In this document: piece after piece, positions 1 to 10,539 of the stretch
Layout of the letters: the number at the start of each line of letters is the position of its first letter
Position numbering within the stretch: position 1 is the first letter of the stretch
NCBI GenBank assembly: GCA_044229975.1
Contig: JBGARZ010000008.1
Span: forward strand, 352,001-416,000
Direction of reading: 5' to 3'
Length of the DNA: 64,000 nucleotides
Source: Polyangiales bacterium
Lineage (GTDB): Bacteria > Myxococcota_A > Polyangia > Polyangiales > Ga0077539
Translations under genes and position numbers: made by a program
Notes under the pieces: generated by a model
Seen by the model: only the letters and a program-made list of their open reading frames with translations
What the model was told of the DNA's origin: nothing
The model's database searches: none

Positions 1-1306
1 GGAAGTCGGGTCCGTCGTTGCGTGCGAGCGCGTCGATGGCGTCGCGCAGCCCCTGCGCGGTGGACTCGGCGAGGGCGCGGCGATTGCCGAGACGCAGCCC
101 GACCGGCAGGGCACGCGAGGCGACGAAGGGCGCCAACGCGTGATCGACGGCGGCGTTGTTGGTGCTGGTCACCACGAGGCCCCATGGGAGCAATGGTCCT
201 GGCGGCTTCACCCAGGTGTCGTCGAGCGCGCGCGCGACGATGGCCTGCGCGGCGATGTGGTGGAGCAGCGTGGTCTTGCCGCAGCCGGGCGGTCCGCAGA
301 CGGCGACGAGGTCGGTGCTGCCTTCGAGCGCGGAGGCGGCCGCGACCTGCGAGGGCGTCGGCGTCGAGGCGCCGTGCGTCCAGAGCGGTGCGCTGCGCGC
401 GGGGGCGGGCTTCGCTCCAAGGAAGACGGCGAGCGGTCCCTTCTTCGGCGGCTTTTCATCGAGGAGGGTGGTCAGCTCGGAGCGCAGCCCGCTCGTCGGA
501 TCGCCCCGCGGCAGCAGCATGGCGAGGGCGTGCGGATGCACCTGCAATGACATCCGCGACGAGGCTCGCGTGCGCACCGCGTCGACGAGGGCGCGAAGGT
601 CATCGCGAGTGGGCGGCGCAGCGTCGATGGCCTCATCGGGCGTCTCGTCGGCGCCGCGGGTGAGCATCTGCACGGCGGCACGAACGAGCGCCCCGACGCT
701 CGCACTCCCCGCGAGCGCGAGGGCCGAGAGGGCGGCGCCGTCGACGTCGAGGAGCTGTCGCCAGAGGCCCGCGTGGAGAGCGACGGAGGCTTCGTCGTCT
801 TCGAGGTCGGGTGATCGCAGGATGAGGGCCGTGGGGATGGGAACGGTGGTTCCGGGGCGGGCGCCGCGGGGGAGGACCCAGGGCTCGTCGCCCACTCGCC
901 ACAGGGCGCGACCGCCGCTCCAGGAGAGCAGCGGGGCGGTGCGGCGCTGGCCCATCTGCGCGAAGGAGACGAGCGGAAAGCCCACCACGAGGTCGTCGTC
1001 GTCGCCGCGCGCGAGCCCGGCGGCGTGGGCCTCGAAGAAGGCCGCCGCGCGCGCGGGGACAGGGTTGAGCGCGAGCACATCGGCATCGCGCAGAACGAAG
1101 GCCGTGGCGTCGTCGGGGCCGCCGGTGAAGAGCCGCAGCGAGAGGGCCGCGCCGTCGCGCGCGGGCGATCGGAGGACGGGGTGCGGGGCGAAGACGAGGT
1201 CGTTGGTGGGGATGGGCGCGACCACGCTGGCCTCGGCGCGGGCCATCTCCTCCAGGGCGTTGAAGCCGTAGCGCAGGGCGTCCATGGGGTTGCGCGGCGG
1301 AGGCAT
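1..1306 (-). CDS. SF1 (Upf1/DNA2-like) helicase/AAA protein, runs off window edge
   Basis: Hand translation from ATG at 1306 (not in ORF track) gives Walker A VCGPPGCGKTT and motif Ia-like VVTSTNNAAVDH; open to position 1. Confidence 0.8.
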   Translation of the reverse strand, partial: MPPPRNPMDALRYGFNALEEMARAEASVVAPIPTNDLVFAPHPVLRSPARDGAALSLRLFTGGPDDATAFVLRDADVLALNPVPARAAAFFEAHAAGLARGDDDDLVVGFPLVSFAQMGQRRTAPLLSWSGGRALWRVGDEPWVLPRGARPGTTVPIPTALILRSPDLEDDEASVALHAGLWRQLLDVDGAALSALALAGSASVGALVRAAVQMLTRGADETPDEAIDAAPPTRDDLRALVDAVRTRASSRMSLQVHPHALAMLLPRGDPTSGLRSELTTLLDEKPPKKGPLAVFLGAKPAPARSAPLWTHGASTPTPSQVAAASALEGSTDLVAVCGPPGCGKTTLLHHIAAQAIVARALDDTWVKPPGPLLPWGLVVTSTNNAAVDHALAPFVASRALPVGLRLGNRRALAESTAQGLRDAIDALARNDGPDF

Positions 1307-1370
1307 CGGGGGGGGCGGGTGGTCTATCAGACCTGGACCGCGGCGGTTGTAGACTCGGCCCCGAAACACC

Positions 1371-2348
1371 ATGGACCTCCCCCGCATGCTCGACCGCTGC
1401 CGCCGCGAACAGTGGCGCGAGGAAGACCTCGACTGGTCGCGACCGCCGCGCGAGCTCGGCCCCGACGACGAGCGCCTCGTGGTGCAGCTCTTCACCAACA
1501 TGGCCGGCATCGAGCGCCTCGCCGGCGCCCTCTTCGCCGAGCAGTCCCGCCGCGCGCGCGACCCCGTGCTGCGCGCCATCTTCGACAGCTTCGTCGTCGA
1601 CGAGGAGCGCCACGCCCGCGTCGCCGAGCGCCTCGCCCGCCACTTCGACGTACGCCATCTGCGCGAGTACCGCGTCGACGAGCACCTCGCCCGCTTCCGG
1701 ACGTACTTCGCCCGCGCCGTCGTCGACCTCGATGACGACGTCGCCAACGCGTACATCACGGGCGGCGAGCTGCTGCTCGACATCGCGCTCCTGCGCTCGA
1801 TGGACGACTACGTCCGCGACGAGACCTGCGCGGCGGCGATGAAGCTCATCAACCGCGACGAGTCGCGCCACATCGCGATCGACTACCGCATGGTCGAGCA
1901 CTACGCGTCGGACGCCTACGAGGCCGAGCTGAAGCAGCGGCCGAAGCGGGCGCTGCGCGATCGGGCGCGGGGCGCGGCGTCGCTGGCGATGATGCTGGTG
2001 CACGCGCGGCCGTTCTTCCAGGCGATGTTCTTCGAGCCGATGGACGTGGTCGACCCGGGCGGGCGGCGGATGCGCGAGGTGTTTCGTCACATGCAGCGCA
2101 TCGGGGCGCGGCCGGAGTCGACGCGGCGGCCGTTCGGGCGCTTCCTCCAGGTGATGTACGACGCCTTCAACCACCCGAAGGCAGGCCCGCTCGTGGGCCA
2201 GGTGGCGTCGCGGCTGGTAGGGCTCGACCCGCGCTACATGGCTCGCATGAACTCCGACGACGAGCTCGCGCAGGCGGCGACGCGGTCGTTCGAGGAGCTC
2301 GCGCAGGACGCGCTGCGGGCGAAGGACTCCGACGGACCGCGGCTCTGA
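1371..2348 (+). CDS. Ferritin-like diiron protein (AurF-like)
   Basis: Two DExRH motifs (DEERH, DESRH) with upstream Glu-bearing helices. Confidence 0.75.
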   Translation: MDLPRMLDRCRREQWREEDLDWSRPPRELGPDDERLVVQLFTNMAGIERLAGALFAEQSRRARDPVLRAIFDSFVVDEERHARVAERLARHFDVRHLREYRVDEHLARFRTYFARAVVDLDDDVANAYITGGELLLDIALLRSMDDYVRDETCAAAMKLINRDESRHIAIDYRMVEHYASDAYEAELKQRPKRALRDRARGAASLAMMLVHARPFFQAMFFEPMDVVDPGGRRMREVFRHMQRIGARPESTRRPFGRFLQVMYDAFNHPKAGPLVGQVASRLVGLDPRYMARMNSDDELAQAATRSFEELAQDALRAKDSDGPRL

Positions 2349-2349
2349 C

Positions 2350-2710
2350 GGGGCCGTGCGTTGACCCCGTCGCGCCTCCAGCGCTGGTGGACCACCCTCC
2401 AGAGTTCTTCAGAGATCACCAGCGCCGTCGCGAGGGTGATGCCCCTTGAATAGAAGAACGCCAGCGGCCGCATGCGGTTGTTCCCGCGCACGAAGCACCA
2501 CACGAAGTAGAGGTAGAGTGGACGCCCTCCGTGATGGGCAGCTCGGCGTGCATGATCTTGTCCTTCGCGGCGTCGGGGACGGACGGCATCACAGGGCACC
2601 TCGCCGAAGGTCATGCGCGCGATGGTCTTGGTCCCGAACACGGTCTCGTAGAAGCCGATGGCTTCGCTCGTGGTGCCAGCGAGGTTCACGTAGAGATGGA
2701 CGAGTCGCAT
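2350..2710 (-). pseudogene. Frameshifted, truncated VOC/PhnB-family gene joined to an unrelated membrane-protein fragment
   Basis: MRLVHLYVNLAGTTSEAIGFYETVFG, then a frameshift near 2590 to PDAAKDKIMHAELPI, then abrupt switch near 2515 to hydrophobic LYLYFVWCFVRG. Confidence 0.65.
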
Positions 2711-2925
2711 CGGGTTCCTCGGCCCGGCGGACGACCGTTCGCGACGGGCGGGCGATGACGAGGGTGAACTCCACCGCGGGGAGCGTACTCGCTTCGAGCG
2801 GAAGCCCGCTCAACGTGACCCGTCCGTGAAACCCCCGCCGATTCATTGACGGCGCCGCGCCCTGGCCACACTCGGTCAGGCGCGCGGTCGCGTTCGGGCG
2901 CCGCTCAACGAAGGGAGAGTTCGCG

Positions 2926-3279
2926 ATGAGCTACGTCGACGGGTTTGTGTTGGCGGTTCCGAAGGACAAGGTCGAGGCCTATCGGAAGATGGCCGAGCTC
3001 GGGTGCAAGGTGTGGAAGGAGCACGGCGCGCTCTCGTACGTCGAGACCATGGCGGACGACGTGCCCTACGGGGAGCTGACGTCGTTTCCGCGCGCGGTGA
3101 TGGCCAAGGACGACGAGGTCGTCTTCTTCTCGTGGATCACATACCCCTCGCGCGAGGCGCGCGACGAGATCAACCAGAAGGTCATGGCAGACCCGCGGCT
3201 GAAGAGTGACCCCGCCGACATGCCCTTCGACGGCAAGCGCATGATCTTCGGCGGGTTCAAGACCTTCGTGGAGGGGTAA
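2926..3279 (+). CDS. DUF1428 (YbaA-like) protein
   Basis: MSYVDGFVLAVP...TSFPRAV...MPFDGKRMIFGGF family signature; GGAGAG RBS. Confidence 0.9.
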   Translation: MSYVDGFVLAVPKDKVEAYRKMAELGCKVWKEHGALSYVETMADDVPYGELTSFPRAVMAKDDEVVFFSWITYPSREARDEINQKVMADPRLKSDPADMPFDGKRMIFGGFKTFVEG

Positions 3280-3291
3280 GAGCCGCCCGCT

Positions 3292-4326
3292 CTAGAACCG
3301 CCCGCGCACCCCGATCGTCGCGCCGTCGGCGCCCACCGCGAGCGTCGGCGCAAACACCTCATCGCTGCTCCCCCCGCTCACCAGCGTCGTCACCAGACCC
3401 GCCGCGGCCAGCACCCCACCCGAGATCCACAGCGCGTTGGTCACGGTCACCAGGGTGTTGCCGTCCTGCACCAGCGACCTCTGTGTGGACGTCGCGCCCG
3501 GCTGACACGTCCCGCTCGGACACACGCGGATCAGCTCGTCCTCGGTGTTGCTCGCCATCACCGCCGTCACCGCCCCGACGATGCCGACCGCCACGCCGAC
3601 GCCCATCGTCGCCACGCCCACCGCGCGCCCCGTGGTCCACCAGCCCCCGGTCGACCCGCTGCGGTTCGCGTCCGACTGCACCAGCGTCACCACGGGCTGC
3701 GCCTCCGACGTCGTCACCGGCGACTCCGCCCCACCGAAGCGCACCACGAAGCGCGCCTGACGCCCCGCGCTCACCTGGCTCGACCCGCGATACGGAACCG
3801 CCCCCGGCGCCAGCGCCTCCACCGACGCCGTCGTCCCGTCGACCGCGAGCAGCGTGCCGAACTCGTCGTTGGACAGCACCCGCCCGTTGAGCGTCACCGT
3901 CGTCCCCATCGGCGCGTTGGGAACCTCCACCACCACGTACGCAATGCGATCGGTGAGGGCCATCGCCTCCGCCGTCGCGGACTCTGCCGTCGGAGTGAAC
4001 CGGGGCTCCGCCGCCCGCCGCGCGTTGGCCTCCGTCGCCGCGCGCGACAGCTCGCCCCACGCCTCGCCGTAGCGCCCGAGCGCACGGAGACAGCGCCCCA
4101 TGTACAGCCGCGTGTTGGGCGACGGCAGCGACGCCATGGACTGCCGAAACGCCGCCAGCGCCTGCTCCCACTGCTGCGCGTCGTAGAGCGCGCGACCCTG
4201 CTGGAAGAGCGCGCGACCGTCGACGCCCAACACCTGCTGCGCGCTCGCGTCGACGGAGACCAGCGATGCCGACAAGGCCACCGCCGCGCCGAGGCACACG
4301 GCGCCCACTCGTGAGAGACGGATCAT
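3292..4326 (-). CDS. Secreted TPR + PEGA-like protein with C-terminal hydrophobic segments
   Basis: Signal peptide, TPR-like helices (LFQQGRALY...YGEAWGEL), beta-rich middle, ends IGVRGRF; ATGA overlap with upstream kinase. Confidence 0.75.
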   Translation of the reverse strand: MIRLSRVGAVCLGAAVALSASLVSVDASAQQVLGVDGRALFQQGRALYDAQQWEQALAAFRQSMASLPSPNTRLYMGRCLRALGRYGEAWGELSRAATEANARRAAEPRFTPTAESATAEAMALTDRIAYVVVEVPNAPMGTTVTLNGRVLSNDEFGTLLAVDGTTASVEALAPGAVPYRGSSQVSAGRQARFVVRFGGAESPVTTSEAQPVVTLVQSDANRSGSTGGWWTTGRAVGVATMGVGVAVGIVGAVTAVMASNTEDELIRVCPSGTCQPGATSTQRSLVQDGNTLVTVTNALWISGGVLAAAGLVTTLVSGGSSDEVFAPTLAVGADGATIGVRGRF

Positions 4327-5792
4327 GGTTCTTCCGGGTTGTAGTTCTGGGACGGGGGACGAGGCGGAGGGGAGGCGACCGGCTGCGGAAACACCAGCGC
4401 CGACGGCGCGTGCGACGGCGCGTGCGACGACGAACGAACCACCGGCAGCGGTCGCGCCGCAGGCGCAGCCGCGGGACGAACGACCGCCACAGGCGCGAGC
4501 ACCGGAGCGGGCGCAGGTGCGGGTGCAGGTGCAGGTGCAGGCGCGGGTGCGGGTGCAGGCGCAGCAGGACGCGCAACGACGACGGGCGTCGGCGGAACCG
4601 CCATCACCACGGGCGCATCGCGTCGTGGCTCGGTTGCCTCGCGAGTCCGGCTGCGACCCAGCCAGGTGGCCACGCCAACGCCCACGAGGAGGGCCACGGC
4701 GATGGAGGCCACCAGCGCCATGCGATGGTTGGGCGGCACGATGGACATCGCGCTCTCGCGCCCGTACGTCGGCCCCGAGACCGACACCGCGTCGAAGGTC
4801 GAGCGCCCCTCCGGCTCGGGCAGCGACGGGCGCCCCAGGCCCGCCGTGGTGACAACCGGAAACGCCCGCTCCGTCGGCGCAATCCCCGCCGGCATCTCAC
4901 GCGTCGCGGGCAGCGACGAGCGCCCGAGCGCCACGCCCGCCAGCGCCGCGCCGAGCCCCTCGGCCAGCGCGTGTCCGGTCGGGAAGCGCGCATCCCGGTC
5001 GCGGGCCAGCGCGCGCACGGCCCACGCGTCGACCTGCGCACCGAGCGCGGGCGCGTGCCGCGATGGCGGCGCCGGGGTCGTCATCGTCACCGCATAGAAC
5101 AGCGCCGGCAGCGTGGTGGCCTCGAAGGGCAGCCGCCCCGTGAGCAGCTCGTAGAGCATCACCGCGATGGACCAGAGGTCGGCCCTGCCGTCGATGCCTG
5201 CGCCGCCGCTGATCTGCTCGGGCGCCATGTACGAGGGCGTCCCGAGGAGCATCGGTCCGTTGTCGCCGTCGTGCTGGGTGAGCTTCATCCCGTCGGCCCA
5301 GCGCGCGACGCCGAAGTCGATGACCTTCACCACGGGCGTGTTGTCTTCGGTCACGAGGAAGCAGTTGGACGGCTTCAGGTCGCGGTGCACCACGCCCGCC
5401 GCGTGGGCCGCGTCGCAGGCCGCGCCGACGTGCCGCGCCACCGTCAGCGCGAAGTACGGGTCGAGGCGCCCCTCGCGCTGGAGCCGGTCTTCGAGCGACT
5501 CGCCCTTGAGCAGCTCCATCACGAGGAAGGGGCGCCCGTCGTCGGTGGTGCCGAAGTCCTCGACGCGGGCGACGTGGCGGTGCCGGAGCTGCGCCGCGAT
5601 GCGCGCCTCGCGCACGAAGCGGGCGACGAGCGACGAGTCCCGCGACGCCGCGATCTTCATCAGCTTCACCGCGACCTCGTGGCCGAGCACCCGGTGACGG
5701 CCGCGCCAGACCTCGCCCATGGCGCCGGTGCCGACGGGCTCCACGATCTCCCAGCGGTCGTTGATGGGCTGTGCTGTCGATGGGTCGTTCAC
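4323..5792 (-). CDS. Membrane Ser/Thr protein kinase
   Basis: GTGAMGEV, VAVK, HRDLKPSN, DFG, GTPSYMAPE; TM helix; (AP)n tail. GTG start at 5792 inferred. Confidence 0.93.
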   Translation of the reverse strand: MNDPSTAQPINDRWEIVEPVGTGAMGEVWRGRHRVLGHEVAVKLMKIAASRDSSLVARFVREARIAAQLRHRHVARVEDFGTTDDGRPFLVMELLKGESLEDRLQREGRLDPYFALTVARHVGAACDAAHAAGVVHRDLKPSNCFLVTEDNTPVVKVIDFGVARWADGMKLTQHDGDNGPMLLGTPSYMAPEQISGGAGIDGRADLWSIAVMLYELLTGRLPFEATTLPALFYAVTMTTPAPPSRHAPALGAQVDAWAVRALARDRDARFPTGHALAEGLGAALAGVALGRSSLPATREMPAGIAPTERAFPVVTTAGLGRPSLPEPEGRSTFDAVSVSGPTYGRESAMSIVPPNHRMALVASIAVALLVGVGVATWLGRSRTREATEPRRDAPVVMAVPPTPVVVARPAAPAPAPAPAPAPAPAPAPAPVLAPVAVVRPAAAPAARPLPVVRSSSHAPSHAPSALVFPQPVASPPPRPPSQNYNPEEP

Positions 5793-6045
5793 CGTGGCGG
5801 CCGCACTCTTCGCGGAGCGCACGACCGCTGTCAAACACCCACACAGTCGGCCTCCGTGGCGCGGCCCCCGCGGCCCATTCACGGCGCCGTCTCTTTAATC
5901 GATATCCTCGAAGATATCGGTTGAGGTCCATGTCGCCTGGACGGCGCCGCGGGCACCACAGAGCCCAGCGCGCGGCACCCTATCCGACACCTGCGGGCGT
6001 GTAGAAACGTCTTGTTTCCAAGCTTTTGCTCAACCCAAGCGCGAG

Positions 6046-7044
6046 TTGTCCGTTATGGATGAAGCAATGGTGATGAGGCTTATCGGAGCGGCGTCGGTGG
6101 TGCTGGTGGGTGCGACGGCGTTGGGCGCCTGCGGGGTCACGACGGTGGGCCCGGAGGACAACACGACGACGCAGGAGACCCCCGTGACGGCGGCCGACGC
6201 AGGCGTCCGGGCGGGCGACGCGCAGGCCATCGTGGTGTCGACCGGTGAGTCCATGGTGTGCACGGCGTGGAGGTCGGTGCGCGACCGCAACACCCAGGTG
6301 GCGACGTGGTCGGCGGGCGCGACGCAGTGCGCGGCGGGCTCGCTCCCCGATGCGCCGCGGCAGGCGTCCATCGCGTGGGTCAACCTCTACCGGGCCATGT
6401 CGGGTCTCGCGCCCGTGACCGAAGCGGCGGCCGATCGCGCGGGCGCGCAGGGCTGCGCCGTGATGCTGGAGCGCAACGGGCAGCTCTCGCATACGCCAGC
6501 CTCCACCTGGGCATGTGCGACGGACGCAGCGCGCGCGACGGCCGCTCGCAGCAACCTCTCGGGCAACCCGGGCTTCCCGATGAGCCCGTGGAACGCCGTT
6601 CGCGGTTGGATCGACGAGAGCCGCGACCTGTCGGGCACGCTGGGCCACCGTCGATGGCTGTTGAGCCCTGAGCTGCACACGGTGAGCTACGGCCAGACGG
6701 GCAGCTTCGCGTGCATGTCGCTGGGTCTCGGTGCGCGCGCCGCCAACGCCCCGCAGTGGGTCTCGTGGCCGCCGGCGGGGTGGGTTCCGACCGCGCTCAT
6801 GGGGACCATCTGGTCATTTTCGAAGCCGGGCGTGAACGCGGCAGGGACGACGGTGCAGGTGACCCGCGACGGCGCGGCGGTGCCGATGGCGGCGAGCGCA
6901 CAGCGGGCGGGCATCGGCGACGACACCGTGAGCTGGACGATGCCCGACGCGGTGCCCGGAAGCGTGTACCGGGTGCGGGTCACGGTTCCGGGCGCGCGGG
7001 CGGTCGAGTACGAGGTGCGACCGACGGGCTGCGGCGGTCGCTGA
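6046..7044 (+). CDS. CAP/SCP-domain lipoprotein
   Basis: Lipobox LGAC; VNLYRAMSGL, LSH and GHRRWLLSP CAP motifs. Confidence 0.8.
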   Translation: MSVMDEAMVMRLIGAASVVLVGATALGACGVTTVGPEDNTTTQETPVTAADAGVRAGDAQAIVVSTGESMVCTAWRSVRDRNTQVATWSAGATQCAAGSLPDAPRQASIAWVNLYRAMSGLAPVTEAAADRAGAQGCAVMLERNGQLSHTPASTWACATDAARATAARSNLSGNPGFPMSPWNAVRGWIDESRDLSGTLGHRRWLLSPELHTVSYGQTGSFACMSLGLGARAANAPQWVSWPPAGWVPTALMGTIWSFSKPGVNAAGTTVQVTRDGAAVPMAASAQRAGIGDDTVSWTMPDAVPGSVYRVRVTVPGARAVEYEVRPTGCGGR

Positions 7045-7051
7045 CGCAGCG

Positions 7052-7735
7052 TCAGACCACGCTGTTGCGGGTCGCAGCGTCCCAGCCGCGGCGGATGTGC
7101 GGGCGGGCGGCGTCCCAGGTCGACGCGCCGCGCATCTGTCCCCACTCGCGCTGGAGGCGATCCTCGGCCTCGTCCCAGCCGGGCGCGTCGGCGTACTGCG
7201 TGCGCGCGCCGTAGCCGTACTGCACCGCCGGCTCGACGCCGCCCCAGTCGCGCACCACGGCGGCCTTCTCGCTGACCTTCGCGCGCGCCTCGGCGATCTT
7301 CTCGCCGGCCTTCCGCTGCACCTCCGCGATCTTCTCCTGCGCGGCCTGCTGCTCGCTGGCGATCATGGCCTGCGCGCGCACCTGCTCGACGGCCACCTCG
7401 GTCTGCGCGGCGACCACCCTGCCCTGCGCGTCACCGCGCGCCTTGAGCTCCTTCTCGGCGCGCTTCGCCGCCTCCTTCGGGTCGTCGGGGCGCGTCTGCA
7501 CCGTGGGCGGCGGAATGGGCGCCGCCCCGGCGGCCTGCTTCAACGTGTCGCCCACCTCCTGGTTGAGGTCGGCGGCGTCGGTCGCAGAGAAGTCGGACTT
7601 CGTCTGCTCCCAGTCGCGACGCAGCGCCTCCTTCACGCGATCCCAGGTGGAGGTGTGCTTGTCGGTCCACCACTGGGGCTTCGTGTATGCGGTCGTGTTG
7701 GGGTTGGCGTTGGTACCCGTCGTCTGCTTGTCCAT
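7052..7735 (-). CDS. Hypothetical protein with coiled-coil
   Basis: GGAGG RBS, strong GC3 codon bias, Trp-containing helical segments at both ends. Confidence 0.75.
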   Translation of the reverse strand: MDKQTTGTNANPNTTAYTKPQWWTDKHTSTWDRVKEALRRDWEQTKSDFSATDAADLNQEVGDTLKQAAGAAPIPPPTVQTRPDDPKEAAKRAEKELKARGDAQGRVVAAQTEVAVEQVRAQAMIASEQQAAQEKIAEVQRKAGEKIAEARAKVSEKAAVVRDWGGVEPAVQYGYGARTQYADAPGWDEAEDRLQREWGQMRGASTWDAARPHIRRGWDAATRNSVV

Positions 7736-8614
7736 CGAAGAACCTCCTGCGAAATGGCCTGTTCAGCGGCCCCGATCGGCGTCGGCGGCCTTGTGAGCGC
7801 GGACCTCGCTTGAGCAATGGGCAGACCACTCGCGAAGTGCCGCGATGGAGCGTGCGAGCGAGGCAACGACGCGAGGAGCGCCATGAGGCATTCGCCCTCA
7901 GTTGGGGCGGCCTCGTCGTGGCGCTCGATCGCGAGCGCGGGCTTCGCGTGGCGTGTGACCCCTCGGACGCCGACCTCGCGAATGGAGCTCGACGGAGGGT
8001 GTTCGTGGGCGACTGCGACGACCTCGAACCGTCCTTCGTCGACTGCGGTAGGGGCCATCTCTCTGAAGGTCGCCGCGTCCGCTGGCAGACCGGGGTTGGT
8101 CGCGTCCCGCGCCTGCACCGCCGGGCAAGCGAAAGCCCACGCGATGTGCATCACGCCCATCGGGCGCCCGTGCCGCAGGTTGAAACCCTTTCGTTTCTAC
8201 ACATCGGTGACGCCCGCTTCGGAGCGCCCACTGCGCGGTTGCGGACGGCCCGCGAGCGGGCCTGCAACCGCTGAAGTGGGAGCCTGGAGCTGGGCGTCCC
8301 GCCGTCGCGGGACTTCCTGCGTGAGCGTCGGTCGCTGGAGCGACCGTCGAGAGGGTGAAGGAGTTCCTCTCCAAGCCGTTCAGCAAGTTCCTACCTCCAC
8401 TCGTCGAGCGCAGCGCGCTCGGCGCTCCGCCAGCAAGTCCCGCGGCGGCGGGACGCTTAGCTCCAGGCTCCCACTTCAGCGGTTGCAGGCCCGCTCGCGG
8501 GCCGTCCGCAACCGCGTAGTGGGCGCTCCGAAGCGGGCGTCACCGATGTGTAGAAACGATAGGGTTTCAACCTGCGGCACGGGCACCCGACGGGTCTGAT
8601 GCACATCGCGTGGG

Positions 8615-10539
8615 ATCGGCATAGGGGCGGCCCCTCCGTGAGGAGGAGCCGACCCCTGCCACACCACCGGACAAGCGGGTCCGCATCCGGCGGTTCGGAC
8701 GGTTGAGGTCACCTCCGTAGCCTCCACAACCCGAGGCTGTCGAACCAACTGGGTCGGAGCGTGAAGCCCAGGCGGAGCGCGCGGCGCCACCAGCCACCGG
8801 CCGAGGCCACCGACTTCCAGCTTGCTTCGTCCCCTTGTCCAAGGGCGCGCAGCGACTGGTAGATCGTGATGCCTCGCTTCCAGTGCTTCAGTTGCACCAT
8901 CCGAAGGCGACGGCGAATCCACTCGTCCAGCCCCTCGAAGAGCTTCGTCTGCTGCGTGAGGCGGTAGTACGCCCACCACCCACGCAGGTACCGATTCAGC
9001 CTCTCGATCAGTTGCACCAGACTGCGACCCGCCGTCCGGCTCGTGAGCTCCCGCACACGCGCCTTGAACGCCTCTTGCGACTTCGCCGACACCCCTCGCT
9101 TCACTTCTCCGCCGTGCGCGTAGAACTGAAAGCCCAGGAACTTCCGTCCCTTGACCGGCGCCACCGCGCTCTTGGACTCGTTGACCCGGAGGTGCAGCGA
9201 CGCGAAGCGCTCCCGCAGGAATGCCATCACTCGCTCGCCCGCCCGCTCCGACCTCACGTACACGTTGAGGTCGTCGGCGTAGCGCACGAACGCGTGACCG
9301 CGCTGCTCCAACTCCTTGTCCACTTCGTCCAGAAGCACGTTCGCCAGCAGTGGTGACAGCGGGCCGCCTTGCGGCGTTCCCTCCGTCCGCGCCGTCGCGA
9401 TCCCGTCGGCCATCATCCCGGCCTCCAGGTAGCGACGGATGAGCCTCAGCAGGCGCTTGTCCTCGATGCGTTTGGCCAACCGGCCCATCAGCACGTCGTG
9501 GTTCACGCGGTCGAAGAACGCTTCGAGGTCCACGTCCACCACCACCCCGCGCCCCTCCTGGACGTAGCGCTGTGCGACGACAATCGCGTCGTGCGCGCTG
9601 CGCCCCGGGCGGAACCCGTAGCTGTGCTGTGAGAAGGTCGGATCGAATCGAGGCTGAAGCACCTGGAGGATCGCCTGTTGGAGGAGACGATCCAGGGCCG
9701 TCGGGATGCCGAGAGTCCTCGTGCCGCCCGACGCCTTGGGGATCTCGCACGATCTCACCGGCTGCGGTTGGTAGCGCCCCGCGAGGAGGTCCTCGCGCAG
9801 ACGCGGCCAGTGCACACGCAGGTGGGCCGCGAGATCCTTCGTCTCCATCCCGTCCACTCCGGGGCTGCCCCGGTTGCTCTGCACCCGCTGGAGCGCCCGC
9901 AAGAGGTTGTCCCTTCCGAGGACCGCCTCCAGCAAGGCGCTGGTGCCCGAGTGCTCGTCTCCTTTCGTCGCCGTGGGGTCTTCCTCGCGGGGCTGCGCGT
10001 TGAGGGCTTCACCCTCGTCGCGCCTCCCTCGCCCCGGTGGTGTCCCGGGCATCTGAGGCGGTTCCCTTTTGAGACTCATGGTCGATGCACCCTCCCTTCC
10101 GTTTGGTCCTTTGCGCGGCCGTCGGCCCTTCGTCGTGGCGTTCCCCGTCGTGTCTCCGACGTCGTTGGCGACGTCGGCGCGGGAGCCCAGGCTTTCGGAC
10201 GCGCTACTACGACCTCTGCTGACTTCCTGCGCCGCACGTTGGTGTGTGTCGCCCTTTCAGGCGTGAAGCAGGATCTCCCCGGGTAAGAAACGCTGGCTTT
10301 CACGGCGCAACCGCCCGATCTACCGCACGGTCTCTTGGTCATTGGAGCTTCGCGGCTCCTTGCCCGCTCGCCCCAGACCGCACGGCCTCACATCGGCTTT
10401 CTGTCCGTCGGCTCGCCGTTTCGCGTCGGGCTTCCTTCAGACAGTCCGTTGCCTCGCTGCCCTTGCCTCTCGCGTGGATCGTCATGACCTACTTTCCCGG
10501 GGACTTGCACCCCGAAGCCAACGCCCATGCCGGGCGCAC
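8615..10539 (-). mobile_element. Group IIC intron
   Basis: 5' end GTGCGCCCGGCATGGG at 10539; domain V GAACCGCCGGATGCGGACCCGCTTGTCCGGTGGTGTGGCAGGGG (CGC triad, short IIC type); domain VI ends CCCTATGCCGAT at 8615; inserted after a stem-loop + TTT. Confidence 0.93.
8709..10079 (-). CDS. ltrA: Group II intron reverse transcriptase/maturase, no endonuclease domain
   Basis: GSPGVDGM, RTLGIPT..DR, SYGFRPGRS, GTPQGGPLSPLLAN, RYADD, FLGF, domain X LNRYLRGW; no HNH. Confidence 0.95.
   Translation of the reverse strand: MSLKREPPQMPGTPPGRGRRDEGEALNAQPREEDPTATKGDEHSGTSALLEAVLGRDNLLRALQRVQSNRGSPGVDGMETKDLAAHLRVHWPRLREDLLAGRYQPQPVRSCEIPKASGGTRTLGIPTALDRLLQQAILQVLQPRFDPTFSQHSYGFRPGRSAHDAIVVAQRYVQEGRGVVVDVDLEAFFDRVNHDVLMGRLAKRIEDKRLLRLIRRYLEAGMMADGIATARTEGTPQGGPLSPLLANVLLDEVDKELEQRGHAFVRYADDLNVYVRSERAGERVMAFLRERFASLHLRVNESKSAVAPVKGRKFLGFQFYAHGGEVKRGVSAKSQEAFKARVRELTSRTAGRSLVQLIERLNRYLRGWWAYYRLTQQTKLFEGLDEWIRRRLRMVQLKHWKRGITIYQSLRALGQGDEASWKSVASAGGWWRRALRLGFTLRPSWFDSLGLWRLRR

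Noticed and set aside
7687..8599. ORFs overlapping the palindrome, including two ending RLRTARERACNR
   Set aside because: The shared peptide is a by-product of the inverted repeat; 7850-8045 may be a gene remnant but no family was recognised.
8709..10079. DGR, retron or defence reverse transcriptase
   Set aside because: YADD RT with domain X enclosed by clear group II intron 5' end and domains V/VI.
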